Origin: Candidatus Nanoarchaeia archaeon
GTDB lineage: Archaea > Nanobdellota > Nanobdellia > Woesearchaeales > GW2011-AR4
Direction: 5' to 3'
Assembly (NCBI GenBank): GCA_035288865.1
Contig: DATDZA010000018.1
Location: forward strand, 10,065-74,064
Length of the DNA stretch: 64,000 nucleotides
How positions within the stretch are numbered: position 1 is the first letter of the stretch; each line of letters begins with the position of its first letter. Below the pieces are notes generated by a model that had not been told where the DNA came from, ran no database searches, and saw nothing but the letters and a program-made list of their open reading frames with translations. Shown in pieces: positions 39,991 to 50,150 of the stretch. A program made the translations under genes and the position numbers.

Positions 39991-42051
39991 ATGGTATACC
40001 TTTCGATATTAGTATTTTTTGCATTGACGTTTTTTCTCGGATATAGTGCAACTTCTTTTGTCAAAAACTCCGGGAATTTTCTTGAAAGAAACCTTATGAG
40101 AATCGGAATCGGTTTGGCTTTGATTCCGCTTGTGGGGCTAATGCTGAATATTATTCACGTTCCGATTGACTGGAAAATTATTTTGGGATTGAGCTTGATT
40201 TATCCGGTTTATTATGTTATACGATTCAGACCAAAACCGAAGTTTGAATTCAAGCTTACAAAAGCGGATATAGGCATTTTGGTGATGCTGCTAATTTTCC
40301 TTGCGAACTTCTATGTGTACGCTTCGGGCGCATTCCGCTATCCTTACCTTGAGGATGATGACTCATGGAGCCATGCGATTGGAGCAAAATATGCATCTGT
40401 CGAAAAAAATGTTTTTACGCAGCAAAGGACCCTTCATTATGTTGATCCTTATCCTCCGTCTTATGATATGGTGATGGGAATTATGCATCAAGCAAATGAT
40501 TCACTTTACTTTACATTAAAATTTTTTAATGCTCTAATAATTTCATTATCAATAATCTTCTTTTATTTTTTTGTGAATGAGTTATTAGGGAACCGGAACA
40601 AGGCTTTGTTTGCAGCTTTCGCCCTTGCATCTGTGCCTGCATTTATGTCACATTTCATCTGGGCAATATCGCTTGCAGTTCCATTATATTTTGTATGCTT
40701 CTATGCATTAGAAAAGATAAAACAAGACAATAAATGGTGGATTGTTGCAGGCTTAAGCATGGCAACAACATTTACTGTGACACCAACTCATTCAACTTAT
40801 TTTGGCCTGATGCTGATTTTGTATGTTGGCTCTAAAATGATTGTAGAAAGAAAAATTTTATTTTACCATCTCGGGGCTGGAATTCTCGGCGCCTCTTTGT
40901 CATTTTTGCTGTGGTGGCTGCCAATGCTGCTCAAGCACGGGTTTGTTGGTGTACTGGAGGGGATTGGATTCAGCACTGAAATATTGAGCACGGTGGGGAG
41001 CGCTGCGGCTTTTAGAGGCACTGGCGATAGGGCATACAATTTTGCTGATTTTTTTATAGCCCAGAAGCAAAACATGGTTAACAATCCAATCGGCATCGGT
41101 ATTGTCTTATTTATTCTATTACTCCTTTCGATTATTCTGGCTTATTATCTTGTTTATAAAAATTCGAAAAATCTCAAAGAGCAATCAAAAGCAAAATACT
41201 ATATTCTGAACGGGATTGAAATAAGTTCAATAATTCTTTTTATTATCGGAATATTTCTTTTTGTCACCTCCAATAATTATGACATAACCAAAGCCGATCA
41301 AATCTGGCAACTGACAAGCCACATGAAGACTACACTTCCGTTCTTATTCATTTCATTATTAATAGTAATTTTACTTTTATTTTATCTTTCTGAAAAAATT
41401 CCTGAAGAAAGCAGATGGGTTTCAATTGCGCTTGTGTGGCTCTTATTTACTTTTTATGCTGTTAATGCGTCCATTTATCCGATAAAATTGTCAGCTTTCA
41501 GAACGTGGATGCTTTTTGTAATTCCTTTATGCATGCTGGCAGCAGAAGCGGCATTTGGAATTATGAATCTCGCCAAGGGATTGGCTGGAAATGCTGCTAA
41601 ATATATCATACTAATTTTATTGATTGGCGGAATATTTTTTACATCAACTCAGCAGAAAATCGCTGTGAATACCTCCCCAAACTGGCCACCGGGTGGATTT
41701 TGGACTTCTGCGGATGAAATAACGTCTTACATCTGGATGAAGGACAATCTTCCAAAGAACAGCCACGTTTTTACTTTTGCAAATGACGGCACAGTTATTG
41801 GGATGGATATGTATACATGTAAATGGTGCGATGAAGTAAAAGAATACAAAAAGAACGGATTTAACCAGACAGCGCAGGATACTTATGATTGGTTCAAATC
41901 AAATGATTATGATTATGTAATAATCGACGGGCAGACTGTCAGCAAATTTGGATTAAATGAGTCCCTCAGCAAATTAAAAGAATTTGAGGCCTCCGGAAGG
42001 TTTCACGCAGTTTTTTCCAATAATGGCGGAGTGATTTTTAAGGTAGCTTAG
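39991..42051 (+). CDS. large GT-C-like membrane glycosyltransferase (about 13 TM helices plus C-terminal extracytoplasmic domain)
   Basis: Multi-TM N-terminal region with acidic loop YPYLEDDDSWSH and a ~130-aa hydrophilic C-terminal domain. No WWDYG motif, so not a canonical AglB. Confidence 0.45.
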   Translation: MVYLSILVFFALTFFLGYSATSFVKNSGNFLERNLMRIGIGLALIPLVGLMLNIIHVPIDWKIILGLSLIYPVYYVIRFRPKPKFEFKLTKADIGILVMLLIFLANFYVYASGAFRYPYLEDDDSWSHAIGAKYASVEKNVFTQQRTLHYVDPYPPSYDMVMGIMHQANDSLYFTLKFFNALIISLSIIFFYFFVNELLGNRNKALFAAFALASVPAFMSHFIWAISLAVPLYFVCFYALEKIKQDNKWWIVAGLSMATTFTVTPTHSTYFGLMLILYVGSKMIVERKILFYHLGAGILGASLSFLLWWLPMLLKHGFVGVLEGIGFSTEILSTVGSAAAFRGTGDRAYNFADFFIAQKQNMVNNPIGIGIVLFILLLLSIILAYYLVYKNSKNLKEQSKAKYYILNGIEISSIILFIIGIFLFVTSNNYDITKADQIWQLTSHMKTTLPFLFISLLIVILLLFYLSEKIPEESRWVSIALVWLLFTFYAVNASIYPIKLSAFRTWMLFVIPLCMLAAEAAFGIMNLAKGLAGNAAKYIILILLIGGIFFTSTQQKIAVNTSPNWPPGGFWTSADEITSYIWMKDNLPKNSHVFTFANDGTVIGMDMYTCKWCDEVKEYKKNGFNQTAQDTYDWFKSNDYDYVIIDGQTVSKFGLNESLSKLKEFEASGRFHAVFSNNGGVIFKVA

Positions 42052-42052
42052 C

Positions 42053-43264
42053 CTATTTTTTCACAAAACTTTCATAAACTTTCATTAGTTTCTTTACAGA
42101 CGCCGATACCGAGAATTCAGCTGCTCTTGCAAGCAATTTCTTCTTATTCCATTTTCTATTCATGGCAAGAATTATTTTTTCTGCCAGTTCGCTCACGTCT
42201 TTTGGCTTGACTAAAAATCCTACATCACTATTAACCAATTCCGGAGTTCCAGCAACATTTGTTGCAACAACAGGCTTCCCGCATGCTAGAGCCTCGCATA
42301 AAACAACCGGAAGGCCTTCATTCAGACTGGGCAAAACAAATAAATCGCAGGCATTCATGTAATCTGCGACCTCGTCATTTGTTCTCATGCCAAGAAATGT
42401 TATATTGCCGCAGAGATCCAAGTCAGACGCTAGTTTTCTTAAGCCAGAGTCCAGGTCGCCTCTTCCTATAATCAGGCATAAAATATTTTTTTCTTTTTTA
42501 GTTATTATTTTCATTGCCTTGATAAGATATTCTACTCCTTTTCTTGTGAAAAGATGCCCGACAAAAAGTATTATTTTCTTGCCTTTGGGCAGATTTAGCT
42601 GTTTCCTTGATTTGGTATTATCCTTGGGCTTGAATCTATCAAGCCTTGCACCCATTGGAATTATATGGAACTTTTTATCTTTGATTCCCAAGCTTTCAAT
42701 CTCCCTTTTTAAAAAATCACTTTGGCATATTATTACATCAGAATTTCTCAATGTGGATTTAGTCAAAATGCTTGAGGGAAATTCATGCGCAAGCCTGGTT
42801 ATATCCTCCCCGTAAACTGTGACGCATAGCGGCACGCTGTATTTTTTCTTTATATGGCTTCCTAACAATCCCTCGCTTAAAGAGCCGTGCATATGTATAA
42901 TGTCGGGGTCCCATTCTTCAACAATTTTCTCTGCGAGCTTTTTGGATGCATAATATGAGAAAAAGCTTTCAAATGGCAGATAGAAATTGAGCAGTTTCAG
43001 CTTGAATATAACCCTTGGCATCATGAAATATTTTGGATGGTAAACTTCCATGCCATTGACTTTTTCTTCGGCAGGAATTTCAGAAAACCTGTGATACGGA
43101 TTAAAAGCCTTAATTTTTGGGACATAAGCATGAGGAAATATTATCTTTATTTTACAAAATTTTTTTAATTCATCGAGATGATTTAAAAGAAAAACTGAAG
43201 CTATGGGATTATGCTTTGTCGGTAAAGTATGCGTCAAAACAAGAATTTTTAATTTTTTACTCAT
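42053..43264 (-). CDS. family 4 (GT-B) glycosyltransferase
   Basis: EGLPVVLCEALACGKPVVATNVAG region and GT4 N-terminal domain. Confidence 0.75.
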   Translation of the reverse strand: MSKKLKILVLTHTLPTKHNPIASVFLLNHLDELKKFCKIKIIFPHAYVPKIKAFNPYHRFSEIPAEEKVNGMEVYHPKYFMMPRVIFKLKLLNFYLPFESFFSYYASKKLAEKIVEEWDPDIIHMHGSLSEGLLGSHIKKKYSVPLCVTVYGEDITRLAHEFPSSILTKSTLRNSDVIICQSDFLKREIESLGIKDKKFHIIPMGARLDRFKPKDNTKSRKQLNLPKGKKIILFVGHLFTRKGVEYLIKAMKIITKKEKNILCLIIGRGDLDSGLRKLASDLDLCGNITFLGMRTNDEVADYMNACDLFVLPSLNEGLPVVLCEALACGKPVVATNVAGTPELVNSDVGFLVKPKDVSELAEKIILAMNRKWNKKKLLARAAEFSVSASVKKLMKVYESFVKK

Positions 43265-44237
43265 CTTTATTTGATTGGCTTTTATCAGCTTTGTTTTCCC
43301 ACCATCTTTTGTTGGACTTATACCATTCTATTGTCTCGTTCAATCCGTCTTCAAAACTGTATTGCTGCATCCACCCCAGCGCTTTTATTTTTCTGGTATC
43401 CACACTATACCTCCTGTCATTGAATGGCCTGTCCTCAACAAAATCAATATGGCTGTCATCTTTTCCAAGTTTTTTTAAAATCAATGTGGCGAGCTTAAGG
43501 TTTGACATTTCATCAGATGTTCCAAGATTGTATATTTCACCTATCCTGCCTTTGTTAAATACCAAGTCAAGCGCATTTGCAAAGTCATTGACGAACATGT
43601 AAGTCCTTATGTTTGAGCCGCTGCCGTGCAAGGGGATTTTTTTGTTCTTCAGGAGCCTTGTTATAAATCTAGGTATTATTTTTTCGGGATACTGGAATGG
43701 CCCATAAACATTGTTGCTTCTGACCACTGTTAAAGGCATCCTGTATGTCTTGTAATAGGATCTCGCTATCATCTCAGCGCCTGCTTTTGATGCAGAGTAA
43801 GGGTTATTGGGGCTTAGTATAGAATCTTCCTTGAAAGAACCTTTTTCTATATCACCATAAACTTCGTCAGTTGAAACGTGCAAAAATTTTTTTATTTTAT
43901 TTAATCTCGCAGCCTCAAGCAAAACATGAGTGCCATAAGTGTTAGACATTGTAAATATCAGCGAATTGCCTATTGAATTGTCAACGTGGCTCTCTGCAGC
44001 TAGATGCACGACGCAATTGACATCTTTAAGAAGTTTAATCAGGAATTTAAAATTACAAACATCGCCATTTACAAATTTATAGTTCTTCTTGTTTTTTATG
44101 TCATCAAGGCTTTTTAAGTCTGCCGCGTAAGTGAGCTTGTCTAAATTAATTATTTGATGCTCAGGATACTTATTAACCATGAGCCTTGTAAAATTACTGC
44201 CCATGAATCCTGCGCCGCCTGTTACTAGTATTTTCAT
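43257..44237 (-). CDS. rfbB: dTDP-glucose 4,6-dehydratase
   Basis: MKILVTGGAGFMGSNF, HLAAESHVDNS, YSASKAG. Collinear with RmlB. Confidence 0.85.
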   Translation of the reverse strand: MKILVTGGAGFMGSNFTRLMVNKYPEHQIINLDKLTYAADLKSLDDIKNKKNYKFVNGDVCNFKFLIKLLKDVNCVVHLAAESHVDNSIGNSLIFTMSNTYGTHVLLEAARLNKIKKFLHVSTDEVYGDIEKGSFKEDSILSPNNPYSASKAGAEMIARSYYKTYRMPLTVVRSNNVYGPFQYPEKIIPRFITRLLKNKKIPLHGSGSNIRTYMFVNDFANALDLVFNKGRIGEIYNLGTSDEMSNLKLATLILKKLGKDDSHIDFVEDRPFNDRRYSVDTRKIKALGWMQQYSFEDGLNETIEWYKSNKRWWENKADKSQSNKDE

Positions 44238-44238
44238 T

Positions 44239-45192
44239 CTAATCCTCTACTCTCCTATGGAATTCTATAGCTTTTTTGAGCCCGTCATCAAGATTTGTTT
44301 TTGGCTTCCATCCAAATGTTTTTTTTGCCTTTGAAATTTCAAAATAAAAACTTCCCAATTCAAAATCCGAAATTTCATTCGGGAAAGGGACAAGCTTGAA
44401 TTTACCGGACTTGCACATTGATATTATTTTTTCAGCAACTTCCTTCAAAGTCACTTTTATGCCGGAGCCGGCATTGAAAATTCCGTCTTCGTGGCCTGAA
44501 TTTATTATTTTAATTATCAAGTCAATTAAATCATCAATGTACACAAGGTCTTTGATATCTTTCCCGTATCCGTTTACATAGAAAGTTTCATTTTTTAGTG
44601 CCATTTTTATGAACTTGTCCAGCACGCTGTACGTTTGTTCGCCGCTCAGGCTTGGCCCATAAACCTGCGATAGCCTTATTATTACTGACTTAAGTCCAAA
44701 CGCACGTCTGTATAACTCACAATAGCCCTCTGCTGCCTGCTTGTTTATACCATACAATGATATTGGTTTTTTGCAGTAATCTTCTTTAACGGGCTGCTTG
44801 GGATCCTTTACTATTCCAAACTGCGCCCTAGTGCCGAAGAAAATATATTTTGAATTTTTATTTATTTTTCTTCTTGCCTCAAGCACATTAATCTGGCCTT
44901 TGCAGTTTATATCAAGATCATCGTAAGGATTAAATATCGGCCCGTGATTGACAACAGAAGCAAGGTTAATTACAATATCTTTTCCCCCCACTGCGCTTTC
45001 AACCGATTTGTAATTGCAAATATTCCCTTCAATAAACTTTATATTTTTTGCAAAGCCAAGTTTTTTGATTTTAGAAGAATCTTTTGAGAATATAACTACT
45101 TCCTGCTCTAGCTCAACAAGCTTTTTTGCAAGGTGGAGCCCTATGAAGCCTGCACCACCGATTAAAAGAATTTTTTTGTTTTTTAGTCTCAT
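44239..45192 (-). CDS. NAD-dependent nucleotide-sugar epimerase/dehydratase (GalE/WbpP-like)
   Basis: ILLIGGAGFIGLHL, YGINKQAAE (YxxxK), 317 aa. Confidence 0.7.
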   Translation of the reverse strand: MRLKNKKILLIGGAGFIGLHLAKKLVELEQEVVIFSKDSSKIKKLGFAKNIKFIEGNICNYKSVESAVGGKDIVINLASVVNHGPIFNPYDDLDINCKGQINVLEARRKINKNSKYIFFGTRAQFGIVKDPKQPVKEDYCKKPISLYGINKQAAEGYCELYRRAFGLKSVIIRLSQVYGPSLSGEQTYSVLDKFIKMALKNETFYVNGYGKDIKDLVYIDDLIDLIIKIINSGHEDGIFNAGSGIKVTLKEVAEKIISMCKSGKFKLVPFPNEISDFELGSFYFEISKAKKTFGWKPKTNLDDGLKKAIEFHRRVED

Positions 45193-45251
45193 TTTATGAT
45201 TTACTTAAGTTTTTTACTGAGCTATTTTTAGGCGGGAACCATAAACGGTGA

Positions 45252-46100
45252 TTATTTCTTAAAATTATAAAGAGCATCGGTAATGTATCTATGGCGCTCC
45301 ATATTGTAATAAAAAGCCAAAATCCATATTAATTTTGCAATAAATAATACTAACAAATATGGCACAATAAACCCCACCACTGAGATTGGATAGTCCATTT
45401 TGTTTCTAAAAATATACTCCGTTAATGTTAAGATGATTAGTATAGGGCAGGAGAAATATGCTGAATAAAATAGGCCGTTGAATGGGTAAATCCCGAATAG
45501 CTTATGGATTATGCTTGTCTTAGACCACACGATCTTTTTTTGAGTATTCCATAATAATCTGCCCATCACTGGCCTGTAATTTTTTAGTGGCATACCCATT
45601 TCCATCATGCCGGTTTTTATTGATGACCTCATTGCGTAAGTTATAGAATGTTCTAAAGTTATAATCAGGGTGATGGCCAATCCCAGGTATAAATATAATC
45701 CATTGCTGTAAATTTTTGAGAGGCCAACACCAATTCCAGTACCAAAGCATATAGACCAAACGTAATGGCTCATCTCATCGAAGAAGATACCCTCAAAACT
45801 TTTTTGATTAAGTATTCTTGCGATGTCCCCGTCTGAGCTGTCTAGAGTATAAAATAAAAAAAATAATGCAATCCCGACTGCGAAATAAATATATGTGCCT
45901 AAGGATAAGAATATGTAGCCCAAAACTCCCAAGAGATACGTGAATAGGGTTAGCTTGTTTGGTGTAGCGCCTAATTTTATCAGAATATATGTAAACGGAA
46001 GAGAAATTTTAACATATATTGTGTTCCCCTTTTTCTTTGATTTTATATCCGCTTCCTGCCTCGCTGCTAAATCTTTAAATGAAATATTCTTGCTCGTCAT
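45252..46100 (-). CDS. CDP-alcohol phosphotransferase-family membrane protein (variant motif), paralog of 28673..29539
   Basis: DSSDGDIARILNQKSFEGIFFDEMSH approximates D(x)2DG(x)2AR(x)8G(x)3D(x)3[D>H]. Multi-TM. Confidence 0.5.
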   Translation of the reverse strand: MTSKNISFKDLAARQEADIKSKKKGNTIYVKISLPFTYILIKLGATPNKLTLFTYLLGVLGYIFLSLGTYIYFAVGIALFFLFYTLDSSDGDIARILNQKSFEGIFFDEMSHYVWSICFGTGIGVGLSKIYSNGLYLYLGLAITLIITLEHSITYAMRSSIKTGMMEMGMPLKNYRPVMGRLLWNTQKKIVWSKTSIIHKLFGIYPFNGLFYSAYFSCPILIILTLTEYIFRNKMDYPISVVGFIVPYLLVLFIAKLIWILAFYYNMERHRYITDALYNFKK

Positions 46101-46197
46101 TTATCTAATAATCAATGTAATCTATTTAAATCTTTACCTCTAAAATAATTACTTTATTACCGCAACTTATTTATATGCTGCTGTACTTAATTAGTTT

Positions 46198-48072
46198 ATG
46201 TGCGGAATATGCGGTTTCAATTTTGAGGATCCGAAGCTTGCCAAAGTGATGAATGATTCCATAAGCCACAGGGGTCCGGATTCCGATGGAGTTTACACAG
46301 ACAAAGGGATTTCTCTTGGCAACAGGAGGTTGAAAATAATTGATTTGTCAGCCAACGGCAGAATGCCCATGGCAAATATAGAAGGAAATTTGATAATAAC
46401 TTTTAATGGAGAAATTTACAATTTCCAGAAAATCAGAGACCAATTGGAAAAAAAAAGGCATAAATTTAATTCCCACTCAGATACGGAAGTTATTTTATAC
46501 GCTTATCAAGAATACGGAAGCAAATGCCTGGGACTGTTCAATGGGGATTTTGCATTTGCAATATGGGATTCACAAAAAAAAGAATTATTTCTTGCTAGGG
46601 ACAGGATTGGGATAAAGCCGCTGTATTATTACAATAAAGATGGCAAATTTATCTTTGCGTCTGAAATAAAAGCGATACTTCAGCACAAGGATGTCAAGCG
46701 GGCTGTCAATGAAAATTGCCTGAGGCAAATTATTCTTTATGCCTATCCAATAAGGGAAGAAACTCTGATTGAGAATATAATGGAGTTAAAGCCCGGGCAT
46801 TTTCTCATCGTAAAAAACAACAAAATAAAGATTGAGAAATATTGGGATTTGCAAGCAAATGAAACAAACAAGACAGAAAATTTCTACAAAAAAACTGTCC
46901 AGCACCTGCTTTCTGAGTCGGTTAAAAGAAGAATGGTGGCCGATGTCCCATTGGGAGTATCACTATCCGGCGGCATTGATTCAAGCGTTCTTGTTGCGAT
47001 GGCTAGCAGGCACAGCAAAGAGCCGGTGAAGACATTTACCGTAGGCTTTGGCGCAAATGATGAAGACTGCAGGCATGCGAGGATAATTGCTGACCACTTT
47101 GGAACAGACCATAGAGAAATTCATCTTGAATATGGAGACATGACAAAAGCTTTGGTCAAAGTGCTGTGGCACATGGAAATTCCAATTTCAAGGCCCGCAA
47201 TGACCCCTCTTTATTATCTCTACAACAAAATAAGAGAGAAACTCACCGTCAGCTTAGCCGGGGAAGGTTCGGACGAGATTTTTGCCGGATACAATCGATA
47301 TGATGCATACACCAAATTACCAAAGCCCGGCGAGGTAAAAGATAAAACCTATTACGATCAGTTAAAAGAAAAAATAAGCATGCCCCTTAACAAAAAAATA
47401 GAATATGTATCTTCAGGAGTTTTCAACAAGGATAAAAAGAAATTTTTTGGCAACAAGTTATTGAAAATCCCAAAAAATATCAATGTTATGAACACTTTTG
47501 GGCCTTACCTGAAAAACACAAAAAACGATGGAAAACAGCTTAACAAGACACTGCTTTACGAACTCAAGACGGAAATACCTTATTTCCACTGCAACAAGCT
47601 GGACAAGCTTAGCATGGCAAATTCTCACGAGGTAAGAGTGCCATACCTTGATCACACTCTTGTCGAGTTTGCCATGACAATACCGTCGGAATACAAATTT
47701 TACGGCGCAGGGAAAAAAATAATCCTGCAAAAAATTGCCAATGAGCTGCTTCCGAGGGAAGTTGCAAAAAGAAGAAAAATGCCGATGGCAGTCCCATTGC
47801 ATGATTTTTTCAATAAAGAATTTATTGATATTGCAGACAATTTGCTTTCAGAACCGCAGATTAAGAAAAGAGAATATTATAAAATACCGGGAGTCAGGAA
47901 ACTGGTAAGCAATATAAAACAAAACAAAGTTGTATTAGATAAAAATAATGTGACCGAAGACAATGCTTACAGGCAGCTTTTGTTTTTTACAAACTTGGAG
48001 TTGTGGATAAAATTATTTATTGAGAATGATAACTTCAGAAACCCTGACCTTGATATTAATTCTTATTTGTGA
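46198..48072 (+). CDS. asnB: asparagine synthetase (glutamine-hydrolysing)-type amidotransferase
   Basis: MCGICGF (N-terminal nucleophile Cys2), SGGIDSS (PP-loop), 624 aa. Confidence 0.85.
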   Translation: MCGICGFNFEDPKLAKVMNDSISHRGPDSDGVYTDKGISLGNRRLKIIDLSANGRMPMANIEGNLIITFNGEIYNFQKIRDQLEKKRHKFNSHSDTEVILYAYQEYGSKCLGLFNGDFAFAIWDSQKKELFLARDRIGIKPLYYYNKDGKFIFASEIKAILQHKDVKRAVNENCLRQIILYAYPIREETLIENIMELKPGHFLIVKNNKIKIEKYWDLQANETNKTENFYKKTVQHLLSESVKRRMVADVPLGVSLSGGIDSSVLVAMASRHSKEPVKTFTVGFGANDEDCRHARIIADHFGTDHREIHLEYGDMTKALVKVLWHMEIPISRPAMTPLYYLYNKIREKLTVSLAGEGSDEIFAGYNRYDAYTKLPKPGEVKDKTYYDQLKEKISMPLNKKIEYVSSGVFNKDKKKFFGNKLLKIPKNINVMNTFGPYLKNTKNDGKQLNKTLLYELKTEIPYFHCNKLDKLSMANSHEVRVPYLDHTLVEFAMTIPSEYKFYGAGKKIILQKIANELLPREVAKRRKMPMAVPLHDFFNKEFIDIADNLLSEPQIKKREYYKIPGVRKLVSNIKQNKVVLDKNNVTEDNAYRQLLFFTNLELWIKLFIENDNFRNPDLDINSYL

Positions 48073-48151
48073 TAGAGAATAACATAAACTTTTGGCAAAC
48101 AAAATTATAAAACTTATTATACAACGCCTATAGCTTCTTTCGTTTTATATT

Positions 48152-48958
48152 TCATAAAGGTATCTCTTTAATCCTTGTCTTGCTTGATTTTATCCCCACA
48201 CCAACCCAATTCTCGCCAAATAATCTCTCCAGCTTTAATATATCTATAAGTTTTGCTATCGGCTTTGGAAATAGTGTCATGCCAAATGCTTTGCTTTTGT
48301 AATCAAAGAAAACCCCCATCCTATACTTTGTTGCTTTAATCTTGTAAGGAAACAATTTTTCAAATTGCCTTTTTGAATAGACTTTTAGCAACGGAGCTCC
48401 CCATTCTTCCGTATTTTTATCTTTTTTTGATTCTGACATGAATCTAAAATAAAATTTCCTAAAAATGTAATGCTTCCATCCTTTTGCATACAGATGAATT
48501 AAAATCTTGCCATTAGGTCTTAGAACTCTATATGCCTCCCTTATTGCTTTTTCCGTATCTGGAGTATGATGCAGCACGCCAAGAGAATAAACAAAATCAA
48601 AAGTATTATCCTCAAAAGGCAGGTTTTCTGCATCGGCTTGAATGAAAGTGCCTTTTAAATTATAAATATCAAATCGCCTTTTTGTTATTTTTATTGCAGT
48701 TTCTGTTAAATCTATTCCAGTTACTATTGCTCCGTTCTTGGCAAACTGAAGTATATCAGTTCCACCTCCGCAGCCTATCTCTAAGACTTTCTTTCCTTTC
48801 CACTTATCCCATTTCAGAATTTCTGGAAAATACTTGTAATAAATTTCATATCTTTTTTGCTCCTGTTCATCAAAATAAGGTTTTGTATTAATCTTTTTGC
48901 TTGAATAAGCATCCTGCGGAAGATGGTTCTCCCACCAGTTCTTTATTTTTGTTTTCAT
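48152..48958 (-). CDS. class I SAM-dependent methyltransferase
   Basis: VLEIGCGGGTDILQFAK motif I and DFVYSLGVLHH. Its 5' end lies inside the tandem duplication. Confidence 0.7.
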   Translation of the reverse strand: MKTKIKNWWENHLPQDAYSSKKINTKPYFDEQEQKRYEIYYKYFPEILKWDKWKGKKVLEIGCGGGTDILQFAKNGAIVTGIDLTETAIKITKRRFDIYNLKGTFIQADAENLPFEDNTFDFVYSLGVLHHTPDTEKAIREAYRVLRPNGKILIHLYAKGWKHYIFRKFYFRFMSESKKDKNTEEWGAPLLKVYSKRQFEKLFPYKIKATKYRMGVFFDYKSKAFGMTLFPKPIAKLIDILKLERLFGENWVGVGIKSSKTRIKEIPL

Positions 48959-49088
48959 CTTCTGTCATCTTAAACTGTTATTTATCTTTTTCAAACAATG
49001 AATTTTATTCTCCCACCAGTTCTTTATTTTTGTTTTCATCTTCTGTCATCTTAAACTGTTACTTGTCTTTTTCAAACAATGAATTAAT
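48927..49088. repeat. perfect-register tandem duplication of an 81-bp unit (2 copies, 3 mismatches)
   Basis: TTCTCCCACCAGTTCTTTATTTTTGTTTTCATCTTCTGTCATCTTAAACTGTTA... occurs at 48927 and again at 49008. It spans the stop of the GAPDH-family gene and the start of the methyltransferase gene. Confidence 0.85.
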
Positions 49089-50105
49089 CAAGTCAATAAC
49101 CCTGCAGCTGTAACCCCACTCGTTGTCGTACCATAAAATTAATTTTAAATAATTGCCACTGTTTATTGTTGTCCATCTTTGGTCTATAATTGCAGAGTAC
49201 TCGCTTCCCTTGAAATCAATAGAGACAAGGGGGTCATAATTGTTATAGAATATATTGAATTTTTGCTTTTTCGCCGCATTTTCAAACAACGATCTAATTT
49301 CATCGACAGTAGTTTTTTTCCCTAGTTTTACTGATATATCGGATGAAGACACAGTAGCAGTGGGCACCCTGTATGAAAACGAATCAAACTTTCCCTTGAG
49401 GAATTTCAGCACTTTGCAGGCTGCCTCGACTGTCGTAGTGGGCTTTGGCAGCAGTGAAAACGTGCTTGCGCGCCCGAAAATATAATTGGAGTATATGTGG
49501 CCCGGATATGAAAAGGAAGGGCTCGGGCCGTCAAGAAGATTTTGGTACTGGAGCCAGGGATGCAGCGTCGTGATAAAACCGTGCTCTACCCCAAATTCCT
49601 GGTTCAGTACATTCATAACCGGCCCGAAGGCATTCGCATCACAAATGCTGTTTGAAATCACAAAATCTTTCTTGACATCAATATCATCTTCGTTTATGCC
49701 CACGATTACTGACTTGTCAACCAGTTTTTCTTCCGGGGAATGAGTCAATATAACCTGCCTGACCTTATTTTTTAAGTTTCTCGCCTTAACAACGTTTTCG
49801 TGAACACCGGAAGCATCAATTACCCTTGTTATGCCGTGCAAATCCCAGGGAACTTCATCAATATTATTTTCGTGATAGATTAAAATTTTCTTTCCATTTA
49901 CAACCATACCGGTCTGATTGGACTTGATATCCTGCTTTAGTATGCCGTACAAGGAATCATATTTTAATTGATAAGCAATATTGTTGTTGTCCGGATTTAT
50001 GTCGTTAATTACTACAACATCAAAATCCCTGCTCTCCAGAACTTTCCTGAACACAGCCCTGCCGATGCGCCCGAATCCGTTGATGCCAACAAGTTTATTA
50101 ACCAT
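49059..50105 (-). CDS. type-I (bacterial-type) GAPDH-family dehydrogenase with divergent active-site region
   Basis: VGINGFGRIGR (NAD motif) and ITTLHPW (cf. TTVHA). The catalytic-Cys region reads SNSICDAN instead of SNASCTTN. Confidence 0.65.
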   Translation of the reverse strand: MVNKLVGINGFGRIGRAVFRKVLESRDFDVVVINDINPDNNNIAYQLKYDSLYGILKQDIKSNQTGMVVNGKKILIYHENNIDEVPWDLHGITRVIDASGVHENVVKARNLKNKVRQVILTHSPEEKLVDKSVIVGINEDDIDVKKDFVISNSICDANAFGPVMNVLNQEFGVEHGFITTLHPWLQYQNLLDGPSPSFSYPGHIYSNYIFGRASTFSLLPKPTTTVEAACKVLKFLKGKFDSFSYRVPTATVSSSDISVKLGKKTTVDEIRSLFENAAKKQKFNIFYNNYDPLVSIDFKGSEYSAIIDQRWTTINSGNYLKLILWYDNEWGYSCRVIDLINSLFEKDK

Positions 50106-50150
50106 ACAATTTGGTATGCCCCGGGCATTTAAAAATATTCCTAAATTCCT

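Noticed and set aside
39991-42051. Possible AglB/STT3 oligosaccharyltransferase, given the large multi-TM protein with a C-terminal soluble domain in a glycosylation cluster
   Set aside because: No WWDYG motif anywhere in the protein, and the C-terminal soluble domain is only ~130 aa. It is more consistent with a different GT-C family. The same holds for 4780..6186.
48901-49113. 70-aa plus-strand ORF with an internal repeated peptide (SPTSSLFLFSSSVILNCYLSFSNNE twice)
   Set aside because: It is an artefact of translating across the 81-bp tandem duplication in a non-coding frame and is not a repeat protein.
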